NCBI GenBank assembly: GCA_002366545.1
Contig: DFBH01000074.1
Location: 1,033 to 65,032, forward strand
Direction: 5' to 3'
DNA from: Candidatus Oleimmundimicrobium americanum
GTDB lineage: Bacteria; Actinomycetota; Aquicultoria; UBA3085; Oleimmundimicrobiaceae
Length of the DNA stretch: 64,000 nt
In this document: positions 19,532 to 28,863 of the stretch, in pieces
How the letters are laid out: each line of letters starts with the position of its first letter
How positions within the stretch are numbered: position 1 is the first letter of the stretch
The notes under the pieces: generated by a model
Database searches by the model: none
Told to the model about the DNA's origin: nothing
What the model saw: the letters and a program-made list of their open reading frames with translations, nothing else
Made by a program: the position numbers and the translations under genes

Positions 19532-20590
19532 TTAGCCAAAATACTTCTCTCTCAAAGCCGAAGAAAGCTCTGACGTTAATCTGATGCTCTTTTCCGCCAA
19601 TTCTTCGATCATTGAGCCTGTACCACAATTTGGTGTAATTAAGCTCGCTTCAAGAAGCTTTGTTTTATTTATTCCCTTGTCGACCAGCAACTGGACTTTA
19701 TCTTCAAACTTATCGAGAATGCCCTCCAAGGTTTCATTCGCTATCGCATCGGGGCTTGGGTAGGTGGATGGGACTATCCCCCAGGCAAGAATTCCACCCC
19801 TATCTAAAAATTTATTTAGTTCCTGTGGGTAAAGGGACATGCTTTCAGTATGATCATATGCATCAAAACTTATAATGTTAACGGTAGTTTCCATTAAAAG
19901 GCTCCAGTCGGTGCGACCGCAACAATGAACGCCGCAAAGACCATCAACCGCATAAAAACACTCATTTAAATAGGAGATAACCTCTTCTTTATTTAATTTT
20001 ATATACGACGAACCGTAAGACTGAAGATAGGGTTCATCAAAAAAGATAACCGTTTTAACATCGGGAACCAATTTTTTAAATTCCCTCTCCTGCCATTTTG
20101 CCTTCATGGTAAGCGTTTTTATTATGGCGTCCCTTAAAAGGTCGTTGTAAAGAACCGCTTGTTTATTTTGGTCCGTAACGGTTAAGCCAAAACTAATCGG
20201 TCCGGTTAACTGGCCCTTGAGCATAACCAAATCACTTGGCAGATGTTTCCTCAATATATCCAACATGGTGTGAAGCCCTCGAGCATAATCAGCAGATATC
20301 GCGAAATAATCCAAATCTTCAGCCAGAAATCTATCGTAGAACTTCTCAAGCTCCCAAACCAAATTTTCTCTTGCTTCCAAATGAATTTTCTTCTTTTCTT
20401 CATCTATCCTTACCCCAGGCATGCCCTCTGAAATCTGAACACACATACTCTCCTTAAAAGAGAGGTTGGGGAGTTGAGGCCACACCGGAATCTGCGGAGT
20501 ATTTTTAAGAACCACTTCACAAGCTTTAACTGCATCGATATGTGGCATGCTACCAACGGTCATCGGAAGACAACGAGGTTTAAACTCCAT
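19532..20590 (-). CDS. MetE C-terminal-domain-like / URO-D superfamily zinc methyltransferase-like protein
   Basis: Candidate Zn ligand pattern His/Cys/Glu/Cys: 'GVHCCG', 'FFDEPYL', 'TPNCGTG'. Length is 352 aa. It lies last in the hdrC-hdrB operon. Confidence 0.45.
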   Translation of the reverse strand: MEFKPRCLPMTVGSMPHIDAVKACEVVLKNTPQIPVWPQLPNLSFKESMCVQISEGMPGVRIDEEKKKIHLEARENLVWELEKFYDRFLAEDLDYFAISADYARGLHTMLDILRKHLPSDLVMLKGQLTGPISFGLTVTDQNKQAVLYNDLLRDAIIKTLTMKAKWQEREFKKLVPDVKTVIFFDEPYLQSYGSSYIKLNKEEVISYLNECFYAVDGLCGVHCCGRTDWSLLMETTVNIISFDAYDHTESMSLYPQELNKFLDRGGILAWGIVPSTYPSPDAIANETLEGILDKFEDKVQLLVDKGINKTKLLEASLITPNCGTGSMIEELAEKSIRLTSELSSALREKYFG

Positions 20591-21463
20591 TTACAAAATC
20601 CCCCTTTTTCTCAAAGCCGGAAAGGGGCTGACCGTAAGACGTTGCAAACCAACGTCTTTGGAGCTCCCTCCCAAAGCGAGGCCCATAAGCTGACTAAAAT
20701 ACACTATGGGTACACCATATTTAGCATTATATTTCTTTTCAATCTCCTTTTGTCTCATATCAAGATTAGTCTGGCAGAGAGGGCAAGCCACAACAACCAT
20801 GTCCGCCTCAAGCTTTTTTATCTCCTCCAACAAATCATGACAGAGCTTGACGACAACATCTGTTCTGCTTAACGCAAAACTTACCCCGCAACATTCGGTT
20901 TTATAAGGCCAGTCTAAACTTTTGGCTCCTAAGGACTCCATTATGTTATCCATACTCTGTGGATCTTCAACCACGTCAAAATTAGCAACCCCGGGCGGTC
21001 TGGTTAGCATACAACCATAATAGCAAACGACCTTAAGTCGTTTTAAAAATTTATTTGTCACTTCCTCTATTTTTTTAAGACCAATTTCTTTGATAAAAAA
21101 TTCAACTATATTAAAAACTTCAATCCCGTCATCATATTTCTCACCCACAACCTCCTCGGCCCTCACCTTAAGCTCTTCATTCTCCCTCATTTCCTTGATA
21201 GCGGTTTTAAGCCGCCATGAACAAGCAATGCACGGTACCAACAATTTCTCAAAACCAGCTTTACGTGCAGAAATTAAAGTATGCAGAGGCAAGGATGTCG
21301 CTAAAAGATGTGAGGTGTTGTGAGCAGAAGATGCGCCGCAACAAATCCAGTCGTCGAGCTCTTGCAATTCAATGCCCAATTTATTGCAAACAAAATTTAT
21401 TGATTCTCCAAACTCTTTTGCGGTTCCATTATAAGAACAACCGGGATATAGACCATATCTCAT
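20591..21463 (-). CDS. hdrB: heterodisulfide reductase subunit B-like (two CCG domains)
   Basis: Two Cys-rich CCG motifs: 'CCGAS...C...C' and 'CYYGC...CCG...CPLCQ'. Confidence 0.75.
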   Translation of the reverse strand: MRYGLYPGCSYNGTAKEFGESINFVCNKLGIELQELDDWICCGASSAHNTSHLLATSLPLHTLISARKAGFEKLLVPCIACSWRLKTAIKEMRENEELKVRAEEVVGEKYDDGIEVFNIVEFFIKEIGLKKIEEVTNKFLKRLKVVCYYGCMLTRPPGVANFDVVEDPQSMDNIMESLGAKSLDWPYKTECCGVSFALSRTDVVVKLCHDLLEEIKKLEADMVVVACPLCQTNLDMRQKEIEKKYNAKYGVPIVYFSQLMGLALGGSSKDVGLQRLTVSPFPALRKRGIL

Positions 21464-22014
21464 TTTGACTCCAACTCTTTCACCTTGGCAAAGATTCGTT
21501 GTACTTCGTTTACGTTTTTAACTTTATGAGGCAGAAGACCAAACTTACCTTTAAAAAACAAAGGCAACCCCGTCACCACATCCTTCATAATTTGTTTGGT
21601 TTTCAGCTTAATTAACATCACCAAACCAATCTCATAAATTCGCCCAAACTTTTCAACTAAGAACAAAAAAGATTCGTTAAAAGCGGCTATTTCCGGTATA
21701 GGATTTTTATACTTTTCCCGGCCGCCAATTGTCCTTGCGGCATCGGCCACCTTAACAAAATCGAGGTTTTGAGGACATCGCGTCATACAGGTTTGGCAAG
21801 AAAGACAAAACCATATCGATTGATCTTTTAACACTAAATCCTTCTGCCCCAACTGAATAGTCCTAATCAACTGATGCGGCTTGTATCTCATTGCATACGC
21901 CGTAGGACAACCAAGCGAGCATTTCTTGCACTGGTAGCACAGGTAAACATCCTCACCACACTCTTCTTTTATCTGTTCCGCAAATGTTTTATTTATCTTT
22001 GCTATTTCTCTCAT
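21460..22014 (-). CDS. hdrC: heterodisulfide reductase subunit C-like (2x[4Fe-4S])
   Basis: 'CYQCKKCSLGCP' and 'CLSCQTCMTRCP' motifs. The start is most likely the ATG at 22014, with AAAGAGG 5 nt upstream. The TTG start at 22050 in the ORF track lies inside an intergenic repeat motif. Confidence 0.65.
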   Translation of the reverse strand: MREIAKINKTFAEQIKEECGEDVYLCYQCKKCSLGCPTAYAMRYKPHQLIRTIQLGQKDLVLKDQSIWFCLSCQTCMTRCPQNLDFVKVADAARTIGGREKYKNPIPEIAAFNESFLFLVEKFGRIYEIGLVMLIKLKTKQIMKDVVTGLPLFFKGKFGLLPHKVKNVNEVQRIFAKVKELESK

Positions 22015-22055
22015 AAAAACCTCTTTAGTCGGTAGTCTGTTTTTAGTCAAATTAA

Positions 22056-22300
22056 AAAATAAAAATTTATAACGATATAGAAAAATTTAAAATTTAAAAC
22101 CAAATCACAAAAGATAAACTTCTTAAAATGTTTTTAAAAACTTTTTTAATTTTTATCTATAGTTTTTCGTTTTTCATTCTCCATTTTTCACTTAACTCTA
22201 CCCCATACCCGTTTTTGCTCTCTGCTCTAACTATATTTTTCCTGGCAGCTGACAGCTGGTGGCTGTTTTTACCCTATACCCTTATACCCGTTACCTTTAT
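22056..22300. repeat. low-complexity AT-rich intergenic block upstream of hdrC with shared word modules
   Basis: TTAAAATTTAAAA words, CTCTCTGCTCTAAC, CCCTATACCCTTATACCCGTTACC (shared with other blocks), and the GTCGGTAGTC module at the hdrC 5' end. Confidence 0.45.
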
Positions 22301-23218
22301 TTAGGGTCTGGGCAAAAGGCCCGCCTTCTCAACTATCTCCGGCACAATCTCTTCCCACTCAATAGCCATAATGTGTACGCCCGCCACACCTTTTATCTCT
22401 TTAACTTGATCGATAATATCTATACAAATGTTTACGCCTTCTTCTTTAGCTTTTTCTTTTCCGGCAACAGTCATCCGCTCAACAATTTTGTCGGGAACAT
22501 CCATCCCCGGCACATTGTTCTTCATATATTTAGCCATACCTGCAGATTTCAAAGGAGCAACACCGGCAAGTATGAAAACTTTCTCGTGGAGACCAAGCTC
22601 CCGAACCATTTCCATCCACTTTGAAAACTTTTCAACGTTATAAACAACTTGCGTCTGAACAAAGTCAATACCGGCTTTGACTTTTTTTGCAAGACGTAAC
22701 ACTCTGAATTCAAAAGGCTCGGAAAAGGGATTTTCAGCCGCCCCTATAAAGAAGTGAGGCTCTACTTTTATCTCCTCGCCACATTGAAATTTCTTTTCAT
22801 CCCTCATGTCCTTAACCATCTTAATAAGCTGAATGGAATCCAAATCAAAAACATTTTTTGACTGGGGATGATTGCCAAATTTTTGATGGTCCCCCGTGAG
22901 ACAGAGAAGATTCTTTACCCCCAAAGCCGAAGCCCCTAAAAGATCACTTTGTATCGCTATCCGATTCCTGTCGCGACAGGTCATTTGAATTATGGGCTCG
23001 ATACCCCTCGATGCCAACATGCTACCGGCAGCAATTGAAGACATCCGGACAATTGCCGTCTGACAGTCGGTTATGTTAACCGCATCAGCATAGCCTTTTA
23101 AAGTTTCAGCCTTCTTATAAACAACTTCAGCACTGACACTTTTGGGGGGACCGAGCTCAGCGGTTACCGCAAAATGTCCCGCACATAAAATTTTCTCAAG
23201 ATTGCTTCCCGATTTCAC
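22301..23218 (-). CDS. metF: 5,10-methylenetetrahydrofolate reductase MetF
   Basis: TIM-barrel MTHFR family signature: 'ELGPPK...ADAVNITD...MTCRDRN...LLGA..LGVKNLLCLTGD'. Confidence 0.85.
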   Translation of the reverse strand: MKSGSNLEKILCAGHFAVTAELGPPKSVSAEVVYKKAETLKGYADAVNITDCQTAIVRMSSIAAGSMLASRGIEPIIQMTCRDRNRIAIQSDLLGASALGVKNLLCLTGDHQKFGNHPQSKNVFDLDSIQLIKMVKDMRDEKKFQCGEEIKVEPHFFIGAAENPFSEPFEFRVLRLAKKVKAGIDFVQTQVVYNVEKFSKWMEMVRELGLHEKVFILAGVAPLKSAGMAKYMKNNVPGMDVPDKIVERMTVAGKEKAKEEGVNICIDIIDQVKEIKGVAGVHIMAIEWEEIVPEIVEKAGLLPRP

Positions 23219-23883
23219 AGCTTCATATCCTCCCTTACAATCTTTCTTGGTCCACCGTCACGACCGGTTGACCAATCTTTTGGCGGTAATATCTCAGTTA
23301 AATCATCGAGTTTCCCAAGCGTTTTCAACCTATCGTAAATAAGTTGCCAAGCGCAATCTACCTCGGGGTCAACTTCACATTTTCCATCTTGGGAACCGCC
23401 ACACGGTCCGTTCAAAAGACTCTTGGAGCATCTAACAATGGGACAAATTCCACCGGTTTTATCAAGTACACAATTACCACAAGCTCCACACCGTTCAGAC
23501 CAAACCCCTTGTTCCTCAGGTAAACCTAAAAAAGTGGTATTGACAGCAGGATACACGATAACTTTCGGGAAACGTTCCACAAGAGTTTGGACGCCAATTC
23601 CACAAGCCATCGAGAGAACCGCCTCACAAGCTTCAATTTTATCCTTCAGCTCGTCGACAAATTCCCACTCACACTGACGAAGGGGAGTTTGTTCCAGTAT
23701 CTCAATTGGCTTATTTTCCTTATTTCTCGCCATCTTTATTGCTGATGAGAGGATGCTTACCTCCTTATCCCCGCCCGCCATACAGACAGCAACACAGGTG
23801 CCACATCCGGCGATGAAAATCTTCTTGTGGTCAGCAATCATATCAAGGATCTCTTGCATCGGTTTTCTTTCTCCAACAATCAT
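23215..23883 (-). CDS. metV: MetV (MTHFR C-terminal-like zinc-ribbon/FeS partner of MetF)
   Basis: 'AGCGTCVAVCMAGG' and a C-terminal Cys cluster 'CGACGNC...CPIVRC...CGGSQDGKCEV'. It is coupled to metF by a 4-nt overlap. Confidence 0.7.
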   Translation of the reverse strand: MIVGERKPMQEILDMIADHKKIFIAGCGTCVAVCMAGGDKEVSILSSAIKMARNKENKPIEILEQTPLRQCEWEFVDELKDKIEACEAVLSMACGIGVQTLVERFPKVIVYPAVNTTFLGLPEEQGVWSERCGACGNCVLDKTGGICPIVRCSKSLLNGPCGGSQDGKCEVDPEVDCAWQLIYDRLKTLGKLDDLTEILPPKDWSTGRDGGPRKIVREDMKL

Positions 23884-24299
23884 TCTTCCGCCCTCCCGGC
23901 ATTGGGTCCCAAACTTTTTAAATCTTCATAAAAAGTAGATAGTGTTCGTGTAAACTTAACCCCATTGGAAGGAGATAGGTAATACATCTGCACTCTTTCT
24001 TCTTCAATACTAATTTCTTTCAAAATATTTTTTATATAAGCTAACCTTGCTTCAGCTCTTAAGTTTCCCCTTAAAAATTGACAAGCTTCCTTGTGACAAG
24101 CATAAATTACAACACCATCGCCTTCTTCCAATGCCCTCATGATGTGAATGCTTTCAATCTTTCCTGAGCATGGAACCTTTATCATGCGCACGCTCTCCGG
24201 ATAAACAAACCCAGACTTAATTGCCATATCAGCCGATAGTAATCCAGAGTGCTCACAATAAAAAACGGTTATTTTTGGCTTAAAATCTCTCTTCGTCAA
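23880..24299 (-). CDS. mvhD: MvhD/FlpD-like hydrogenase iron-sulfur subunit
   Basis: 'ITVFYCEHSG...VPCSGKIE...VIYACHKEAC' is the MvhD family Cys pattern. Confidence 0.75.
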   Translation of the reverse strand: MTKRDFKPKITVFYCEHSGLLSADMAIKSGFVYPESVRMIKVPCSGKIESIHIMRALEEGDGVVIYACHKEACQFLRGNLRAEARLAYIKNILKEISIEEERVQMYYLSPSNGVKFTRTLSTFYEDLKSLGPNAGRAEE

Positions 24300-25927
24300 C
24301 CCGCTTCACCTACCACATCACTTAACTGCCCGATAATTTGAGCATTGGTATAAAGAGGAAGCTCTATGGCCATAACGGGGCATTCACTTGCGCATATCCC
24401 ACACGATTGGCACGCTATCGGCACCACTTTTGCCGTCCCTTCCTCCTGGTCAATAATTATCGCCCCATGAGGGCACGTTCTAACACAAGTAAGACAGAGA
24501 ATACACCTATCCGAATTTATTTTTGCGGACGTTAAATCCAGCTCAATTTCTCCTTTTGATAAAAACGAGAGAATCTCTCCCGCCGTACCCCTTGCTTCGG
24601 AAAGTGTTTCATCAATATTTTGCGGCAGCCGACATCCCCCAACAAAAAATATCCCCTTTCTGGATGATTTAGTCGGCAAAATCTTGACATTATCCTCTTG
24701 AAAAAACCCATTTAAATCAAGGTCTACTGAAAGCAATTTAGCTAACCCTTCAAAACTTTTGCCGGGCATCATCTTCTCGCCTACAACCAATAAATCACTT
24801 TCAAAAACCAATTCTTCGTGAGGATAATCTTCATTTATTAAAAGAATTTCAACGGCGTTGTTTAAAAACTTAATTTCCGGTTTTTCAGCGTACTTGAAAA
24901 ATAAAATACCCGCCTCACGAGCCCTCTTATACAACAACTCTCCCCCGTTGAAGGAAACTTTCAAATCTTTACAAAAACAAATCACATCGGAGCTAAACTT
25001 TTCTTTTATAAGCAAAGCCTGCCTTAAAAGAGCTCGCGTTGATATTTTTAAATCCTCATCGACCAAATCAGCCAAGAAACATATGCGTTGAGACAACTTC
25101 TCATCTGAAACCAATCTTTTTTCCAATTCTTTTTGTCCAATAATCAAGGATTTGGAATTTTCGCCAAGCTTCCAAACGGGAAGAACAAACTCATATCCCA
25201 CAGCAACAACAATTGCCCCAACTTCCAAGGTCAATTCCTGCGCGCCTTCAATTTTAACGGTAAACCCTCCCGCGTTTCCTCTTAAGTCAACTAAATTTGA
25301 GGAAAGAATAACCTTTATTCTTTCATTTTTTTTCAAGGTCTCAACCTTATCTCTTGTCCAATTCTTTAAATTTCCAACCTCAGCGGCCCCACCGCCTAAA
25401 TGGGACTTCTCCTCCACCAAAATTACGCTCAAGCCTCCCTCGGCCAAAGTAAGAGCTGTTTCAATTCCGGCAATACCTCCCCCGAGAACAAGAACTTCTC
25501 GTTTTAATGACACTTTTTGGATTTCAACCGGTTCTTGCGTTTCAACCCACTTTGCCGCCTTAATTATTAAAGCAACCGCCTTTTTTGTAGCCTCCGATTT
25601 ATCTCCACAGGCGACAACCGCTTCATTAAGATTTGCAAAAGTAATTAAATACGGATTTAATCCCATCTTTTTTAAAGAATCTCTAAAAACCGGTTCTTTT
25701 ATCCTTAAACCACAACCGGCAACAACCACCTTAGATAGTTTGTTCTTCTTTAAAAATTTTTCAAAATCGTTCATTTCCCCGGGGAAAAACGAGGAAGGAC
25801 ATTTAAAACAAACAAACCCCAAGGCACCGAGACTTGAGCACGCTTCATCGAGACCCAAAACTTTCCCCGGTTTACCTTCGAAACCATATATAAATATGCC
25901 CGTTTTAGAAATCTTCTTTGTCATCAA
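24296..25927 (-). CDS. hdrA: HdrA-like FAD-dependent oxidoreductase with C-terminal 2x[4Fe-4S] ferredoxin domain
   Basis: Central 'VLVLGGGIAGIETAL' FAD motif and C-terminal 'CILCLTCVRTCP...CQSCGICASECP'. The ATG follows a GAGG RBS. Confidence 0.7.
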   Translation of the reverse strand: MMTKKISKTGIFIYGFEGKPGKVLGLDEACSSLGALGFVCFKCPSSFFPGEMNDFEKFLKKNKLSKVVVAGCGLRIKEPVFRDSLKKMGLNPYLITFANLNEAVVACGDKSEATKKAVALIIKAAKWVETQEPVEIQKVSLKREVLVLGGGIAGIETALTLAEGGLSVILVEEKSHLGGGAAEVGNLKNWTRDKVETLKKNERIKVILSSNLVDLRGNAGGFTVKIEGAQELTLEVGAIVVAVGYEFVLPVWKLGENSKSLIIGQKELEKRLVSDEKLSQRICFLADLVDEDLKISTRALLRQALLIKEKFSSDVICFCKDLKVSFNGGELLYKRAREAGILFFKYAEKPEIKFLNNAVEILLINEDYPHEELVFESDLLVVGEKMMPGKSFEGLAKLLSVDLDLNGFFQEDNVKILPTKSSRKGIFFVGGCRLPQNIDETLSEARGTAGEILSFLSKGEIELDLTSAKINSDRCILCLTCVRTCPHGAIIIDQEEGTAKVVPIACQSCGICASECPVMAIELPLYTNAQIIGQLSDVVGEAG

Positions 25928-25980
25928 AACCTCATGTGTCCCTGTTTTTGATTTCCATGTTCTTCTCTGCTCGAAAAACT

Positions 25981-27054
25981 TTAACTAAAACTCGCAAACA
26001 TCTTTGTAACTTCTGCAACCGCTGCCTTTCCGTGAACCATCGATTCCCCAATATCTTTTGGCCCCTGGCAAGTCCCCGCTAAAAAAACACCGGGAACATT
26101 TGAAAGGTTTGAAAAATAATCTCGTCCCTTATAAAAACCGTACTCATCCTGATCGATTCCAAAAAGGTCAGCCAGAAATTTTGCATCATCTCGGGGAGAC
26201 ATCCCAACGGATAAAACTACGAGGTCAAACTCCCTCTGAACAACCTCGCCCGTCTCATTGTCCAAACATTTAACATGTAAAACACCAGAGTCGGAATATC
26301 CGTAAACCTTTGATGGCAAATTTCTTGCAAACTTTATCCCCATCTCCTCACAACTTTTGCGAAGACCCGAAAAATCTTTGCCGGTTGGCTGAATATCCAT
26401 ATAAAAAATCGTGATATTTGAATCGGGAATTTCAGACTTAATTAGTTTTGATAGTCTAAGCGCATAGGGGCAGCATACCTTGGAACAATAGCCCCGACCT
26501 ATACTCTCATCTCTACTCCCGACGCACTGAAAAAAAGCAATTTTCTTTGGAATTGCTCCATCAGTTAACCGTCTAATTTTCCCGTCTACCCGGAAAGCTC
26601 TCTCGAGATCAATAGCGGTAATGACATTTTTATACTTTCCGTATCCATATTCTTTTTTTTCTTCTGCGTTAAAGAACGTATAACCCGTTGCAATTACTAT
26701 CGCTCCAGCCTTTAACGTCAATTCCTCAAAAGATGATTCCTTCCCGGTAGTATGAGATATTCGCAGTTCAAAATCCCCCGGCTTGCCCGAGAAAGAAACA
26801 ACTTTAGAGCCCATCCAGACTTTTATCTTGGGGTGTTGATAAGCCTTCAAGGTATCTTCATCGGCCAAGCACACCAAACATTTATTGCACTTCTCCGTGG
26901 CTTTACACGCAAAGTTTACTGCGTGTCCCCCAAGTTGAGTCTCCCTCTCGATAACGTGAACTGCAAAACCCGCATCAGCCAGAGTTATCGCGACATTTAT
27001 GCCGGCAATTCCGCCACCGATGATGACTACTTCTTTTGAGCCCATTTTGCCCAT
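25981..27054 (-). CDS. hdrA: HdrA-like FAD-dependent oxidoreductase (short form, N-terminal Cys cluster)
   Basis: 'VVIIGGGIAGINVAI' FAD motif, 'CNKCLVC', 'CSKVCCPYA'. It ends in TAA, 53 nt upstream of the next hdrA-like gene in a different frame. Confidence 0.7.
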   Translation of the reverse strand: MGKMGSKEVVIIGGGIAGINVAITLADAGFAVHVIERETQLGGHAVNFACKATEKCNKCLVCLADEDTLKAYQHPKIKVWMGSKVVSFSGKPGDFELRISHTTGKESSFEELTLKAGAIVIATGYTFFNAEEKKEYGYGKYKNVITAIDLERAFRVDGKIRRLTDGAIPKKIAFFQCVGSRDESIGRGYCSKVCCPYALRLSKLIKSEIPDSNITIFYMDIQPTGKDFSGLRKSCEEMGIKFARNLPSKVYGYSDSGVLHVKCLDNETGEVVQREFDLVVLSVGMSPRDDAKFLADLFGIDQDEYGFYKGRDYFSNLSNVPGVFLAGTCQGPKDIGESMVHGKAAVAEVTKMFASFS

Positions 27055-27072
27055 CCTTTAAGTTTATAAGAC

Positions 27073-28422
27073 TTATGCGCTTCGACTTTTAAGATAAGCG
27101 GGGATATCTCCGGCCTCCCGTGGGCCAACTTCTATTTTCCAATCCGGGAGTTCTTCTTCCAGTTCACCGCTTATTTGAGCTACGCATCCCGGTATTATCA
27201 ATTTTCTGTGTTTAACTTTGTCGGTAATCCCACAACGCTTCATGAACGGCCCGATACTTTCGGGCACAAATTTACCGGCTCCCCAAGCAGTTAAAACCGA
27301 TAATCCTTCCACGTCCATTATGCAAATCCAAGATGGAATTTTGCTCGCCTCAACCTCACCTGAAACGGTGAAATAAGTTAAGGAGAAATTGGTGGTAAGA
27401 AGCACCGGGGAATCCTCATCCGGTTCCCCGATGGGATAGATTCCCTCTTCAACCTGCATTGGCTTCTGTGGATCGGTATAGATATTTTGCCTTAAGACAT
27501 ACAGTGGAAGTGCCTTCCAGGCTTCGAGGTCGCTTAAGACGATAATCCCTGCATATTTCATGATACCAACGCCGGCAGCCACCGCTTCCATGTAAGGATC
27601 ATCATACATCTCACAAGGAAAGGTTATTATCGGATACCCAAGGGGTTTAAATTTTTTCTTCAAAGCCGCACGCCTTATAAAAGTAGCATCTCTTAAACTG
27701 TCTTTTATATTTCTTGAACCGGGGTCCAACACTATATCTTTGATCCCCTGTGCGGTTACTTTTTCTACCAACTCGGAAAGAATGTTTAAATCTTTAGCCG
27801 CAACCGCCAAAGGACAATTCTCCTCTTTGGCAAGGGCAGCCATTTGCTCAAAGTTGCCTTCATTTGCCGCATAAATAAGAGGTTTGGTCTTAGCGCAAAC
27901 CGAAAGAGCAGCCTTCATCATCTCGGAATTGTCGGTTATTAACACCAAAGGAAACTCGGTTCCCATGGCTTTCTTAACAAGCTCGACAAATTTAGCCGAA
28001 TCATTTGAAGACGATTTAACTGCCACCAAATCAGCCCGAAGAAATTGACCTACTCTCTCAAATTGAGAACTCTTTAACTGAGCAAGTTTTTCACCGATTT
28101 CCGACTCGCTCATTCCATCATCTACAAGAACAGCAAAGCCCGGCTGATGATAAAAGGTTTTTTCGTGACGAAAAAGCACCGCCTCCTCACCAATTTTTAA
28201 GGCCTTATCGCCAACACCTATCGTAACAAGGCGGATAGGAGGAGCCGAAGCCTCGGATAGCTCGGCTTTGGTTTCTTCGGATACATAAGGACACGCATCC
28301 AATTGTGCTTTTCCCATCGCAAGTTTCATGGCAAAGGCAAGACAAGTGGGAACACCACATTCCCCGCAATTTTTTTGAGGTAATTTTTTGTAAATATCAA
28401 GTCCGGTTAACGCCATATACAT
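27073..28422 (-). CDS. acsC: corrinoid iron-sulfur protein large subunit AcsC (CdhE-like)
   Basis: N-terminal 'CGECGVPTCLAFAMKLA...CPY' [4Fe-4S] motif characteristic of AcsC. Length is 449 aa. RBS is AAAGGAGAG. Confidence 0.85.
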   Translation of the reverse strand: MYMALTGLDIYKKLPQKNCGECGVPTCLAFAMKLAMGKAQLDACPYVSEETKAELSEASAPPIRLVTIGVGDKALKIGEEAVLFRHEKTFYHQPGFAVLVDDGMSESEIGEKLAQLKSSQFERVGQFLRADLVAVKSSSNDSAKFVELVKKAMGTEFPLVLITDNSEMMKAALSVCAKTKPLIYAANEGNFEQMAALAKEENCPLAVAAKDLNILSELVEKVTAQGIKDIVLDPGSRNIKDSLRDATFIRRAALKKKFKPLGYPIITFPCEMYDDPYMEAVAAGVGIMKYAGIIVLSDLEAWKALPLYVLRQNIYTDPQKPMQVEEGIYPIGEPDEDSPVLLTTNFSLTYFTVSGEVEASKIPSWICIMDVEGLSVLTAWGAGKFVPESIGPFMKRCGITDKVKHRKLIIPGCVAQISGELEEELPDWKIEVGPREAGDIPAYLKSRSA

Positions 28423-28424
28423 CT

Positions 28425-28763
28425 CTCCTTTTAGTCAATTTTAGTTTAAAGTTAAAGGTTTAAAGCTGATAGCTCGTTCCCTTACATTCACTCGATGGCC
28501 AGTGGCCCACTCCCCGCCCATTGGCGGGTTCGCTCAATAGCTGACTCTCTACTCCATCAGTCGGTAGTCTCTTAGTGGGGAGTCGGGAGCTTGTTGGCCA
28601 GATTGCTAGTTTTGCTATACTCTATATTCCATACTCCATATTCTGCTCGCTCTCTGCTCTATGCTCCATGCTCTTTTCACTTTTAAATTTGCAATTTGCA
28701 TTTCTTTTTTACCCTTAACCCGTTACCCTATTAGTCGGGAGTCTCTTAGTTGGGAGTCGGGAG
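28425..28763. repeat. low-complexity modular intergenic block (short tandem 'word' repeats, strongly strand-asymmetric)
   Basis: Contains CAGTCGGTAGTCTCTTAGTGGGGAGTCGGGAG (twice), CCATACTCCATATTC, CTCTATGCTCCATGCTC, GCAATTTGCATTTC, CCCTTAACCCGTTACCC. The plus strand is almost G-free for more than 100 nt. Confidence 0.6.
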
Positions 28764-28863
28764 TTATCTGGTTTCTTAGCTTCTTGGCTACGTAGCTACT
28801 TGGTTTCTAAGTTTCTAAGTCGCTATGTTTCTATGTCACTATGTCGCCAGTTCCCTTTACCCT
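28764..28863 (-). repeat. dispersed intergenic repeat element, copy 2 (between acsB and acsC)
   Basis: Reverse complement of copy 1 with internal word duplications (TTTCTAAG x2, CTATGT x3). GC hairpin at 28885-28906 then abuts the acsB stop. Confidence 0.7.

Noticed and set aside
22015-22050. TTG-initiated extension of hdrC
   Set aside because: The extension is read from the intergenic GTCGGTAGTC repeat module. The ATG at 22014 has a proper AAAGAGG RBS.
25152-25988. Plus-strand 278-aa ORF (and similar long antisense ORFs at 29154..29948, 53611..54366, 18569..19183, 15947..16450)
   Set aside because: Each lies antisense inside a strongly supported minus-strand gene. Each has a Ser/Pro/Thr-rich low-complexity translation and no RBS. 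They are spurious.
24296-27054. Possibility that the two hdrA-like ORFs are one selenoprotein gene read through a UGA
   Set aside because: The upstream ORF ends in TAA, not TGA. The downstream ORF is in a different frame (53-nt gap) and has its own GAGG RBS and ATG start. They are two genes.
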